Of a stretch of 64,000 nucleotides of DNA, positions 41,891-55,644 are shown piece by piece (the first letter of the stretch is position 1; every line of letters starts with the position of its first letter). The DNA is from the human T2T-CHM13v2.0 reference genome, Homo sapiens, in the NCBI RefSeq assembly GCF_009914755.1, contig NC_060933.1; one strand, given 5' to 3'. The notes under the pieces are model-generated. The model was given only the letters and a program-made list of their open reading frames with translations. It searched no databases and was not told the DNA's origin. A program made the position numbers and the translations under genes.

Positions 41891-43656
41891 TTACTATATA
41901 ATATTTGTTTAATAAGGATCCTTTAAGTGTATTTCATTCTGTGATTATGGCTGATTTTATGGTAGTCCTAATGAAGGTGACAAAAATAATGTCTTAATAT
42001 TTATATAATTCCTGACAGTTAAAAAAAACTCACATAATAAGGGCACCTTACAAGCAATTCTCTGCCTTTAAATTCCACAACTTGGATGAATGGACCAATT
42101 TCTTGAGAGACGCAAACTACTAACACTCAAGAAAGAAAAATAGATAACCTATAGATATCCTATATACTACATGTCCAAAAAATGGAGTTTATAGTTAAAT
42201 CATCTCCCCCAAAAAAACTCAAGCCCAGACACTTTCATGAATGACTTCCCAACTCATTTTGTGAAGCCAGCATTATATAATACTAAGACTAGATACATTA
42301 TAAGAAAAGAAAACCCAGACCACTATCCTTCATGAACACAAATGGAAATATCCTCCACAAAACATTGGCAAATCAAATCCAGCAATCTCTATAAGGGATA
42401 ATTTATCACAACCAAGAGTGTTTATACAAGGAATGCAAGGCTGTTTCAACATTTGAAAATCAATGTAATTAACAGATTAAAAGAGAAAAGCCATATGATC
42501 AGAAAAATACTTTAAAAATTCAACATACATTCATGATACTCTCTAAACAAACTAGGAATCAAATCTGATGAAGAGTATCCACAGAAAATCCCACAGCTAA
42601 CATACTTCATGGTGAAAAATTAATGCTTTCCTTTAAGATAGAAATAAGGCAAAATTTTTCTCTCAACTGTTCTACTCAGTATCATACTAGACATTGTAGT
42701 CAGTGCAATAAGTTAAGAAAAAGAAATAAAAGGCATACAGATCCAAAGAGAAAAAATAAAACTCTGACCATCTGCCTAGAAAATTTCAAAGACTCTGCAA
42801 TAAACCTCCCAGAACTAATAAATGAGTTTAGCAAAGTCAAAAGATACAAAAGCCAACATATAAAAATCAATTCTATTTCTAACAATGAACAACTGGAATC
42901 CAAAGTTAATAAAAACAGTACCATTTATAATAGTGCTGAAAATACTTAGGTATACATAGCTAACAAAATATGTGTAGTTTCTGCAGGCTGACAATTACAG
43001 AACAAAAAAAAACCTAAATAAATGGAGAGATCTGTGTTCATTGATTGCAAGACTCAATAGTATGAAGATGTTAAATCTTCTAATTTGATCTAGATTCAAC
43101 ACAATTCCAATTCCAATCCCAGGAAGCTATATTTTTTTTTTAGGTATTTACAAGCTGATTCTAATTTTTTTTATGGAAATACAGAGAAACCAGAGGAGCC
43201 AAAACAATTCTGAAATAAGAACAAATTGGAGGACTCTGTACCCAACTTCCAGACTTACTGTAAAGCTACAGTAAACAAGATAGGGCAGTGTTAATGAAAG
43301 GCTGGGTGCATAGATCAGTGGAACAGAATAGAGTCCAGAAATAAACCCACACAAATATACCCAAGTGATTTTTGGCAAAAGAGCAAAGGCAATTCACTGG
43401 AGAAAGGGTAGTCCTTTCAGCAGATGGTGCTAGAACAATTAGCTGTCTATATGCAAACAAATGAACCTCAATCTCACACTTTATATGAAAACTCAAAATA
43501 AATCATAGACTAAAATGTAAAATGCAAAACTATAATACTGTTAGAGGAATATATAATACAAAATCTATGTGACCTTGGGTTAGACAAAATATGGCTAATA
43601 AAAGATTGACAAAATACTTTATTAAAATGAAAAATTCTTGCTCTGCAAAAGATACT

Positions 43657-43821
43657 TTTGTTTGTTTGTTTGTTTGTTTTGAGACAGGGTCTCACTCCCG
43701 TTGCCCAGGCTGGAGTGCAGCAGCTAGATCTCGGCTCACTGCAGCCTCTACTTCCAAAGCTCAGGTGATCCACTTCAGCCTCCCAAGTAGCCGGGACTAT
43801 AGGCATGCACCACCATGCCTG
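43657..43821 (-). mobile_element. Alu monomer (FRAM/AluJ arm)
   Basis: (TTTG)n tail and a single arm. Confidence 0.82.
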
Positions 43822-43883
43822 AAAAGATGAAAAGATACTTTTAAGAGAAGACAAAGACAAGCCACAGAATGAAGATATTTGCC

Positions 43884-44177
43884 AGCCAGGCATAGTGGCT
43901 CATGCCTGTAATCCCAGCACTTTGGGAGGCAGATTGCTTGAGCCCAGGAGTTCAAGACCAGCCTGGGCAACATGACAAAACTCTTTCTGTACAAAAAATA
44001 CAAAAAAAATTAGCCACATATGGTGGTGCATGCCTGTAGTCCCGGCTACTAGGAAGGCGGAGGTGAGAGGATCACTTGAGCCCAGGAAGTCAAGGCTCCA
44101 GTGAGCTATGATCATGCCACTGCATTCCAGCTGGGGCAACAGAGCAAGACCCTGTCTCAAAAAAAAAAAAAAAAAGA
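43884..44177 (+). mobile_element. AluJ
   Basis: Alu dimer with A tail. Confidence 0.88.
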
Positions 44178-44216
44178 AAATATTTTCCAATCACATTTCT
44201 AACAGAGAACTTGAAA

Positions 44217-44552
44217 AGATGCTCCTCAACTTATGATGGTGTTATATCTCAATAAACCTATAGTAAGTTGAAAATATTGTAAATCAAAAATGCATTTAAT
44301 ACACCTAATCTACCAGACATCACAGCTGAGCCTAGCCTGCCTTAAATCAGAACACTTACATTAGTCTACAGTTGGGCAAAATCATCTAACACAAAGCCTG
44401 TTTCATAGTGAAGTATTGAATATCTCATATAATTTATTGAATACTATATTAAAAGTGAAAGAATGGTTGTATGGGTACTTGAAGTATGGTTTTTATTGAA
44501 TGCATGAAGTTGAAAAATCGTAAGTTGACCCATGATAAGTCAGAGACTGTCT
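44217..44552. mobile_element. MER47A-like (Tigger family) MITE
   Basis: Runs from agatgctcctcaacttatgatgg to catgataagtcagagactgtctg, followed by ta. Confidence 0.75.
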
Positions 44553-44989
44553 GTATTGAGAATGTGTAAAAAAAAACTCTAAAAAAAAAAAAAAACCATC
44601 TCCAAATGGGCAAAAGATCCAGGAAACTTTTGTGTTGGAATTGCAGTGGTGGATGCATAACTCTGCATTTGTCAAATTCGTAGAACTGTACATCACAGAG
44701 TGACTTTATATAAATTTGTAAAACTCAACCAGGATGTGTATGGGAGGGGGCACGTGTCGGGCACGGGGAGGAAGATAGAATGCAGACTGAGATGAATGAA
44801 GACAGCAGAACTCTTACAAATGATTTCCATAACCACACTGCAAGGGGATAGAGAAGAAAGGAACCGACTTAAGTAGCTGGGAAACATTGGTTCAACCGAT
44901 CTTATAAGACAGAAACCAAGAAGAGTCGTATATAAACACTGTACTTCAGTTGGGAATTTTTCTCCCTCCTCCAAAGTATATGGGTTAGG

Positions 44990-45283
<294 letters not shown>

Positions 45284-46026
45284 AGTATATGGATTAGGAA
45301 TTCTGAAATGACTTTGTTTCTCCTAGGGTGGAGAAAGTATGTAACTATGTTTTAGGTGATTCTTACTCTGGGAAAAAGCTATAAGTAAGGAAAGGGGAAA
45401 GATAGAATAAACCCTTTGATTCTGGGATTAGAATCAGCCTTATTAGTGTGGACTCATTTACCAAAAGAAAAAAATACTGTGTATGTATATACACAGAGAT
45501 GAATACATACAGATACGGGTATGTGTGCATGCATGAGTCATTATACATATTTACTGTTCCTCTATCCATTGAGAAGGAACTGTAGGCTGGGACACCCCAA
45601 TAAAAATGGGTACACCTAGCACCTGGATCTTGGTTTCTAAATACTGTTCTTCAAATAAAAGGAACCAGTGCTCTTTGTAGGGGTGGTGGATTCCAGGTCT
45701 AGGGCAGGGAAAACAAACAAGGTGAACCTGGGATTTCTTGTGCCAGAAAGTAAAGACATGCTGTAAAGTAAACAAACAAATAAATAAGCATATCAAATGT
45801 GCACAGAAGCCAACCTAAAAGCACTTCCTATAGGCAAAGGAGAATAAAATAAGCATCCATGAGGCCATAATAGTGTCATTATGTAATTAACTGAATAAAT
45901 AGATAAATGAGTGAGAAGGGACAATTCTTCCTTAAGGAAGAATGGGAATTTTCCTTTCCCATTAATAAACATAGAAGGAACATGGGAATAGAAAATCACC
46001 CTTAGAACATTACATTTTGGTAATCA

Positions 46027-46416
<390 letters not shown>

Positions 46417-47597
46417 TCAAAATATCTCTATCAGTGTACTTCATAATTATAAAGGGAAAATAGTAAGTTTACAGTGGCGGATTCTGGCCGTCACCCTTAG
46501 CAGAGCGTAATACATATTTTTTAAAATCTTTACTGTGTTTTCCAATTGCAAAAATAATACTTGCTAGTTGTAGAAAAGAGAAATAATTTACCGGGATGTG
46601 ACAGCTGCCAGCAGGTGTCATGTCCTTCCAGATCTCTTTTGGTCTGACCTACTGTACACAGTGGCTTGGGATCCTTCTTGTTTGTTCTGTTCCTTTTATG
46701 ATTCAACCATCGAGTTCTTAGATAGTTGCTTCCCTTCTTCAAAACCTGACATCTCTAATTTATAAGATTTTGACTAAGTTGTTGCCATTTTAGAGTATTG
46801 AGATGGGCCTTCTCAAAAGTAGAAGCACAAAAATGTAGCAAATGTGTATTTTTGCGGGCTTCATATTATCATTTTTTCCTATTGTGATTCAAAATCTATA
46901 ATGTTGTCCCTTCTGCTGTCAGAGAAAAAAATGTGGGAAGGAGAAACTACAAAATGTCTCCTGAGCATGCTTGTGTTTTCATTTTCCTTGAGCAGCGGGG
47001 CTTGGAGAGAGCTGTTTGATGGCGGCAGAGGGGGTGGCCCTGTCCCTCCCTGGGTGCCCCAGGGCCCAGTGAGTCTTTCCTGTTGTTGGAGCACTGCAGG
47101 CACTTTGGTGGGCACCAGGTGCTGGCAACCCATGGACAGAGCGAGCATCAGCACCTAGATCTGTGTCTGCATCATGCTCTGCATGGAAATTATGTTGAAT
47201 GGGGAGGGTGGGAGTGGGAGACAGAAGGCAGCAAAGAATCCTGGTGCCCCAGGTGTTGTGCTGGTAAGAGAAATGGTGGCAGCCAATATCCACTGAGTGA
47301 TTATTCTAGGCTGGGCACCCTGCTAAGCACTTTTTATGTTCCACCATAACAAATCCCTGAACAGTCTCCGTGGTAGGTGCCATACCATCCTTCACTGAAA
47401 GATGAGTAAACTGAAGCTCAGAGAGGGCATCACTTGCCCAAGGTCACACAACAAGGAGGTGGTGGAGCTGGGATGGGGATCTGGCTCCAGAACCTCCCTT
47501 GGGCAGGGGATATGATGTGTAAAGAACATTCATTCTTTACCTCATGTAGCCATGATCTGGGAGAAGAGACATTCATTAAACAAGTGCTCCCAATTTA

Positions 47598-47912
<315 letters not shown>

Positions 47913-50601
47913 ACAGAGTTCCTACCTCCTAGAGCTGGGTAGACAGAGATGGCACATATAGATCACCTGCTGCTTGGTACATACTTAGCACAGGGGTGCT
48001 GTCCAGAGACTCAGTCCAGAGAAGGCAGGTGGGGAGAACAGACCCTGGCAGAAGCCAGTAAGTGGAGGGAGCAGCCCCAGCTTGGCTGGCTTCACCAATG
48101 AAGTCGATATGGTCAGGCTCCTGGCAAAGTCCAGCACCCGTGATAGACCTGTAGAGCAGCAGGTCATCCACACAGTCACTGAAACATTGTTTCTGCACCA
48201 GACACTCGATGGGCCTTCATTAGGACTGCCATAAAATCAGCCATAATCACAAAACGAAATACATTTAAAGGATCCTTATTAAACAAATATTATATAGTAA
48301 CTGATGTAGTTTGGATGTTTGTCCCCTCCGAATCTCATGTTGAAATGTGATCCCCAGTGTTGGAGGTGGGGCTGGGAGGCTACCATAGCCACAAGCATAG
48401 TAGTGACCCCAAGATTGGGACATTCATGAGAACAGAGATCCTGTTCCAAGGAGCCTCAGCCAGGATGGCAGTTGGTCCCCAGGAGCAGAAATGAAATGTG
48501 CTCCCACCCCTGGGGAAACTCAGGTGTGGAGGCCGTGGGCCAGGCAAGATCCAGGAACCACACTGGGCTTGGGAAACTTGGTGATTTCTAAGAAGACTCA
48601 ATGTCCTTTATTTCCTCTCTCTGCAGCCTTTTGATATTTAATCAAGTTAGGGGTGCTAGGAAGGTGGCAGAGCAAAGCGTATGACCTTTGGAGGGCCTTA
48701 AAAGGCCAGGTACTAGATCCCTGTGTAATCCCTGGGAAGCTACTGCACCTCTCTGAGCCTCAGTTGTTCATGTATTAAATGATGTTATTAATGTCCGCCA
48801 CAGGGCTACCGGTAGGATGAAATAAAAGTGTATCTAATATGTTGAGTACAGTGCCTGATTCATAATAACTGGTTAATAAATGGCAACTGCTATCATTATG
48901 ATTAATTTCAAATGCTAGTCAATCTCAGTTGTCCTTAAAGGAACAAAGGAGGTTTTGTGGTCCATTCTTTGGTGGGGTTTGAAGCTGGGGGGCAGGTGCA
49001 AAGAAATAAGAGATCCGAAGATAAACTCTCAAAGGGCTGTTAGCCCCCACTGGGGGAGTGGGAAGGTGCCAAGTTCCATGGGGCCTTCCCAGGGCAAATG
49101 CTGAGAACCTGCCTGACCCCCCAAGTGCTTCTCCACTTAGGGCAGTGCCGTCCTGACATCCCCCGCCCCAGACTCAAACCAGGCCCTTCAGGAGCTAAGT
49201 GGGCTGAGCAGCTGGAAGCAAAGCAAAAGGCACATTTTCTCTCCAGGGAAGCTCTGCACAGCAGCAAGGAGCCCTATTTACAAATAAAACCTTTTCTTGG
49301 CTCCACTGCCCACATAGCCAAGCCCCTTTATTCCATTTCAATATGCCTAATTCCACTGAAAGTGCATTGGCAATAAACAGAATTAATCAGTCCTGGATGC
49401 CCAAGTGAGTGTAGGCAGGTGTTAGCATATCCAAGGGGCCCTGGAAGGGAAAGTACAATAAACAGCAGGAATATAAAATGCTTTACTGCGGAGGGGATTG
49501 AAGATAGAAAGGACTTTACTGAAGGTGGGCATTTTATGAGCAAATAAAGCCTTTGATTGCCTGCAACTGAGAGGCAAACTAAAGTGAGTGGAAACTTCTA
49601 TGGAATATTTTTTCTCTGCCTTGTTTCCGAATGGAAATCACTTTATTGTTGCTGTTTTTAAGATTATAAAAGGAATATTTGCTCCATTCAGACGCCGCCT
49701 AAGGACATAAACAAAGTGAAAATCATCCCTCATCTTACCACCTGAGATAACCAGTGTTGACACTGTGGTGTGTGTCCGGCATAGATGTTTCTCTATGCAT
49801 ATTTTTGCATTCATATAGAATACAGATGAAATCCTGTTAGCTATGTGGTTTTGCAGCCCACGTTTCCCACTTAATAACAGCCCACGGACATCTTTCCACA
49901 TTAATAACTGCAGATCTTGATCATCGTCTTTTCACAGCTGCACAGTCTTGGGTGCATTACATCTCCCGTGCGATCAGGCTGTTTCCTCAGCAGCATTGCT
50001 AAGGCATCTTCTCCCCACCTGGCTTTCCACGTTCAGCCACATGGGCCTTCCTCTGCACACTGGAACACTTCTTTCCACTTCAGGGACTTGGCATTTGCTG
50101 TTCTTTCTGCCTGGAATTCTCACTTCCTCTTTCACATAATTAGTTTTGTTCTCTTTTAAATTTCAACCGAAATGCTTCCTCCTCCAGGAAGTCTTCCCAG
50201 ATATCCAAGACCAGGGTTGGTCTCCCCTGGCATACACTCAATTGGTTCCATGTGCTTTGCCATCTTGGTATTATTACAATTGTAACTAAATACACAGTTG
50301 TGTAATTTGTTTTTGTTTTTCTTACTAGAATATAAGCTGAGGAGGTCAGAGACTGTGTCTGTCTTGCTCAGAAGCTGCAAAGTACAGTGTTAGCTTATAG
50401 GAGTCATGAGTATATATACTCACAGACTAAATGGAAAGAGGAAAAGCAAGGGAGAGCCACAAACACGTGCTTACATGGAATGTCCACATCCTTCCACACA
50501 AAAGAGGGATCTATCAGCTGGTTACTGGTTTTGGCATCTCTTTGTAAATATGAAAACTATAGGTGAAACAGAGTGAAGAACATTCCTGGTGTCTGGGCAC
50601 C

Positions 50602-51855
50602 CTCTTTGTGCTGGCTGCCAGGAAGCTCAGAGCCAAGTCTGTGTCCTGCCTGTAGCTGGGTCTACAGTCCCACAGAGCAGGGTGTTCTGGAATATCACTC
50701 ATCCAGGCTTCATCTCTTTTCCTGTCCCCCATTTTCCTTCGCCCCAATTTCCTCCACTCATTCAAAATTTTTGCTCTATGTAAAGAGAACTCTCTGCAAC
50801 TTTTCAGGCCAGGAAACTGTACAGATCTAGGAGAAGTCCTCGGAGATCATCTAGCCCAAGTGTCCAAGCAGGGAGACTGAGGCCCAGGGAGAGGAAGGAC
50901 ATGCCCACCTTCACACAGCCGGTCAGTGGAGGCCCCAGGGCTCCTGTCCTTCCCTGCTCAAGGAAACCCCAGGCTCTGTCAGGCCTCGGTTTAAATAACA
51001 GCTCTGATAACAGAAAGAATTTGATCTTGGGCAACTCAGTTTAAGTCTGTAAGTCTTGGTTTCTTCAGCCGTAAACCGAGGACTGACAGGCGCCATACCA
51101 TAGTAGTTAAGAACGTGGACTCAGAGTTTGCTGGAGTGAGTTAAAATCTCAGTTCTAGCACTTAGCTGGGTGGCCTTGGACAAGTTGCTTAACATTGCTC
51201 CTAAATCTATCGTCTATAAATTGGCGAGAAGAACATTCTTTTTTAAAATGTATCATTGCAAAAATTGTGTAATAATGAATAAGAAGTATTTAGCTCAGTA
51301 TGTGACATAGTAACTGCTCAATAAAAGGGTAAGAGGATAATAAAAGACACTACTCATCAGTAATCAGAGAGAGAGGGCGAGATGCTCAGTGCTCTCAGGC
51401 CAAGACCTAATGTGTTGTCTCTCTGGAATGCTCCCTCTCTCCCTTTCTCTTAATGTGGATTTAATCAGAGGGTACTCACCACCAACAACGTTACGTAAGC
51501 TGTTCATGCATTTATGTCACCAAGGACACTATGGCACCACACAACACCTCTCAAGGAGGGACCAGAGGAAAACTGTTCTGAGGCCTCCGAAGGAGGAATA
51601 ACTAGGCTTTTCAAACACAGCTGGTCTGTTTTCCTCTTACAGACATCACTGACTTGCTTCACTCTCTGTGTTGGCTGCCAGGAAGCTCAGAGCCAAGTCT
51701 GTGTCCTGCCTGTAGCTGGGTCTGAACCCCCATGCAGCAGGTGTTCTGGGAAATCACTCATCCTGCTTCATCTCTTTTCCTCTGCCCCCATTTTCCTTCT
51801 CCCCAGTCTCCTCCACCTATTCAAAATCTTTACTCTGTGTTTAGAAACTGTCTCT
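50602..51855. repeat. Dispersed direct duplication of ~190 bp (50602-50795 and 51662-51855)
   Basis: A 52-bp perfect match (50612-50663 = 51672-51723) is followed by more diverged homology. Offset is 1060 bp. Confidence 0.93.
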
Positions 51856-52433
51856 AATCTTTACGTTTCTGGGGAAAATAAATGGCATTTAAACTTCATA
51901 CAGACTAAATGCAATGTGGTATGCTGGATTCACTGGATCCTGGAACAGAAAAAAGACATGAGTGGAGAAACTGTGAATAAGGCCTGTAGTTTGTTTAACA
52001 ATATTGTACTGATGTTAGTTTCTCGGTCTTGACAAATATACCACGGTTATACATGATGTCAACACTAGAGGAAGCTGGGTGAAGGATAAACAGGAACTCT
52101 CGGCAACTTTTCACTAAGTCTAAAATTATTCCAACATACATTTATTAAATAAAAATTCCATACAGAATATTATCAGATTATTTCCCCCTGGAGTCCAAAC
52201 AAAGCATCACTCCTACCTGCTAAAAGCAAAGCAAGCACCTAGATCCAACACATTTCAGAATCAACTAGACCTGGCCGACACCGTGGAACATCTCCTACCC
52301 ATCTGGCTGGCCTGGTTATGGGCACAGTTCTAGAACCAGACTCCTCATTCCTGGATGGGAATCCTGGCTTTCCCTCTCATTGGCTGTGCAACTCTCCGAG
52401 CCTCACCTACTGAGCCTGTAAAATGGTGCTCAC

Positions 52434-52572
52434 CAAAGGGTAAATGCTTGAGGGGATGGATACCCCATTCTCCACAATGTGATTATTACACACTGCATGC
52501 CTGTATCTAAACACCACATGTATCCCACAAATGTACACACCTACTATGCACCCACAAAAATTAAAAATAAAG
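52434..52572 (+). mobile_element. Short L1PB-like 3' end inserted in a MIR
   Basis: taaatgcttgaggggatggataccccatt...cccacaaaaattaaaaataa, with TSD taaaatggtgct at 52418-52429 and 52576-52587. Confidence 0.8.
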
Positions 52573-52722
52573 ACATAAAATGGTGCTAACAACAGAACCT
52601 ACTTTCACGGGAGTATCATGAGGTCAAACAAGTTAATGACATAAAGCACTTGGAAGAGCATCTGGGAAAGAAGACACACGATCCATGTAAATTACCATGT
52701 CTATAACAATGATGATAATGAT

Positions 52723-53080
52723 GTTTGTCTGAGTCAATCTGGGCTGCTATAACAAAGTACCATAGACTGGGTGGCTTATAAGCAACAGAAATTTACATCT
52801 CACAGTTTTGGAGGTTGGAAGTCCAAGATCAAGACGCCAGCAGGTTCAGTGTCTGGTGAGGGCCCACTTCCTGGTTCATAGACTGTGCCTTCTTACTGTG
52901 TCCTCACATGGTGGAAGGGGCGAGGCAGTTCTTGGAGCCTCTTTTATAAGGGCACTAATCCCATTCGTGGGGCTCCACCCTCATGACCTAATCATCTCCC
53001 AAAGGCCCCACCTCCTAATACTATCAGCTTGTGGGTAAGGATTTCAATGCATGAATTTTGGAGGAACACAATCTGTGGCA
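52723..53080 (-). mobile_element. MLT1A-like LTR
   Basis: gggctgctataacaaagtaccatagactgggtggcttata motif. Confidence 0.82.
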
Positions 53081-53260
53081 ATGTTTACTATAATAATAAG
53101 AATTCCCCATTTGATCTTTGCAATAACCCTGAGAAAGGAATGTTACCTATTATTATTATATAGTAAAGGGAAGCAAGGTTAAACAAGTTAATGATGTAAA
53201 ACACTTGGAAGAGTAACTGGGAAAGGGGAGATATGGTAGATGTTAATGATTATGTCCATA

Positions 53261-53305
<45 letters not shown>
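53261..53305. repeat. (ATG)15 trinucleotide microsatellite
   Basis: Read directly from the sequence. Confidence 0.96.
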
Positions 53306-54704
53306 TCGTCTGTCTGTCCCTTTGGGCTGCTATAACAAAGTACCATAGACTAGGTAGCTTATAAACAACAGAAATTTATGTCTCACAGTTTTAGAGGCTG
53401 GGAAATCAAAGATCAAGATGCCAGCAGGTTCAGTGTTTGGTGAGGGCTTACGTAGTGTTATTATACAGGAAAGGGAAGCCCAGACAGGTGGAGGGACTCT
53501 CCAAGATCACACAGCTATGAAAGCAAAAGCAGCAAAACTGGGACTTGAACCTAGTCTTCCCTACTGCAAACCCAGAGCTCTTCCCACAATGCCTGTTTCC
53601 TAAGAGAACCTGACAGACGTATCGTCTCTGTACTCCAGGCTGTCTGCCATGATGTGGCTTGGTGGCCACATGTGACCTTTTCTTCTTGTCTGCATGGAAA
53701 ATGAAATCTCCTGATATTAGGGCATGCAAGGAAGGCCCTTTGTTACAAAGATACAACCTCATCATGTGCTTCATTCCCCTGGCTTTGCACACAGACTAGG
53801 CATCCATCTAGTCAGTCACCAACAGTCAGACACGCATGGTCCTTTGGCCAGCCACTCCCATCCTTCCCCTTTACCCATCCCTCTCTCTCACACTCCCCAT
53901 GGCCTGGCTCAAAGGCCACCTGTGCCATGGTCACCACTCCACATCACTGCTGCTGTGGCATCCCTGGCATCAGGATTTAGCCCAAACACATGGTGCTCTT
54001 TAATTTGGTGATGGGTGTCCTGGGTCCAGCGTCCCCGTGAGCAGTCTTGTCTCTCTGAGCAAGTTCCCGGGCTACCCTGCAGCGTGCTAAGTGAGGGCTT
54101 TGAAATTCAGACTGCCTAAGTTCAAAGTCTGCTCTGCAACCCACCAGTTGTGTGGCCTGGGACAAGTCAGTTTAACCTATGTCTCAGTTTCCCCAACTGG
54201 AAAATGTGGGTAGTAATACCCTACCCCTCAGGGTCACGTGAGGAGTCAACTAGATGACATGTGAAAAGTAGATCACAGACGCTGGGCACACAGTTAGCCC
54301 TCTTTAAAATGGGAGCCAGTAATATTTCAATAACTGCTGGTTGTCTGGATTGAATGCCAGGCCTGAAGCTGCCCAGGGCACCCCCAACCCAGCTTATCAC
54401 TTTCTCTCCTCTATCCTCTCCACGCATCGTAACAAACCCTGAGGTCAGGGCCACCACAGGCCATCAGCAGTGTTTGCAAAACAGCAGCACGACAAGTTTG
54501 GGCTGGCCTGCTGCCCACACTGCGTAGGCGGCCACCCCGCTGCTGCTGTGAGCTGTGAATTTAGAGGTACAGCAGCCAGGGAGGGCTCCCCAGCTGGGAC
54601 CAGTCCTCAAGGTGGAGTGCTGATTGCTCTGCTGGAGGTCTATTTAAAATCAGCAGCAAAGAGCTCCATGCACAGAGTTTTCCCTCCCTCAGGCCCTCCC
54701 TCAC

Positions 54705-54830
54705 CTTGAGCCCGCTGCCTTCTGCTTCAGAGCCTGGGTCCACGCCAGTGATGTAAATGCCAAGGCCGTACTCAGCTCCCCCACGGATCGTGAGGCCCAG
54801 GGACCGGCCGTCCCCCAGCACCAGGTTCAC
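54705..54830 (-). CDS. WHRN: WHRN exon 3 (126 nt), N-terminal half of PDZ2
   Basis: Acceptor ctgacag|GTG and donor AAG|gtgagg. Encodes VNLVLGDGRSLGLTIRGGAEYGLGIYITGVDPGSEAEGSGLK, including the SLGL carboxylate-binding loop. Phase 0/0. Confidence 0.97.
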
Positions 54831-55285
54831 CTGTCAGAGGGAGAGGATAACATTAGAGGGACTGGAGGAGCCATCCCTTCCGGGGACAGCAGGCTGCAAA
54901 GCCCCCTCTCGTACTTTGAAGAGCGCATCTTATCCGACTGGCAAGGAGGCCCAGGCCAAGGCCTGGAAGATACCCTAGAACATTCCAGTTCCTGCCCCAG
55001 CTCTGCCTCTGACTTGATGGGTGACCTTGAGGAAGCCCCTCACCCCCTCTTGGTCACAGCTGCAAGTGTAGTGGGGGGAAGGTGCTGAGGGAGATGGCCT
55101 CCGGGATCCCCTCAGGGCCAACACCCGGGACTACTCAGACACTTTGCTCATGCTCTTCACGCCACAGTGGCCACGTTCACCTGAGGCTTCAGTCGGGGGG
55201 TGACTGTTCGCGCCCCGGGGTCTCAGTTAGGCTCCATCTGCCCTCCTTAGGATCAAGGCTCAGGCCAGGTCACGGCAGCCACCAC

Positions 55286-55644
55286 CCTGCTTCCCCAGGG
55301 GTCTCCTGTCACCTCAGGGGTCTCCCGTCACCTCAGGGGTCTGCCTCCCCAGGGGTCTCCTATCATCTCAGGGGTCTCCTGTCACCTCAGGGTCTCCTGT
55401 CTCCCCAAGGGTCTCCTGCCTCCCCAGAGTTCTCCTGTCACCCCAGGGGTCTCCTGTCACCTCAGGGGTATCCTGTCACCCCAGGGATCTCTTATCACCT
55501 CAGGGGTCTCCTGTCACCTAAGGGTCTCCTGTCACTTCAGGAGTCTCCTATTTCTCCGGGGGTCTCCTGCCTCCCCAGGGGTCTCCTATCACCTGGGGGG
55601 GTCTATCTCTCCTGATGTCTGCTGTCTCCCCAGGGGTCTTCTGC
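55286..55644. repeat. 19-bp minisatellite (consensus GGGGTCTCCTGTCACCTCA), about 18-19 degenerate units
   Basis: Visible tandem periodicity, ~460 bp upstream of the exon 3 acceptor. Confidence 0.93.

Larger units (their letters stand above)
52621..53447. repeat. Dispersed direct duplication (52621-52863 and 53176-53447) spanning a MIR/MLT1 junction
   Basis: Colinear homology from aggt[c/t]aaacaagttaatga through tggtgagggc. Confidence 0.9.

Noticed and set aside
42623-42949. ORF with L1 ORF2 similarity
   Set aside because: It is a degenerate fragment of an old L1 and not an active element.
55082-55615. 177-aa plus-strand ORF
   Set aside because: It is open only because the 19-bp repeat unit lacks stop codons on that strand. 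The peptide is low-complexity and starts at GTG.
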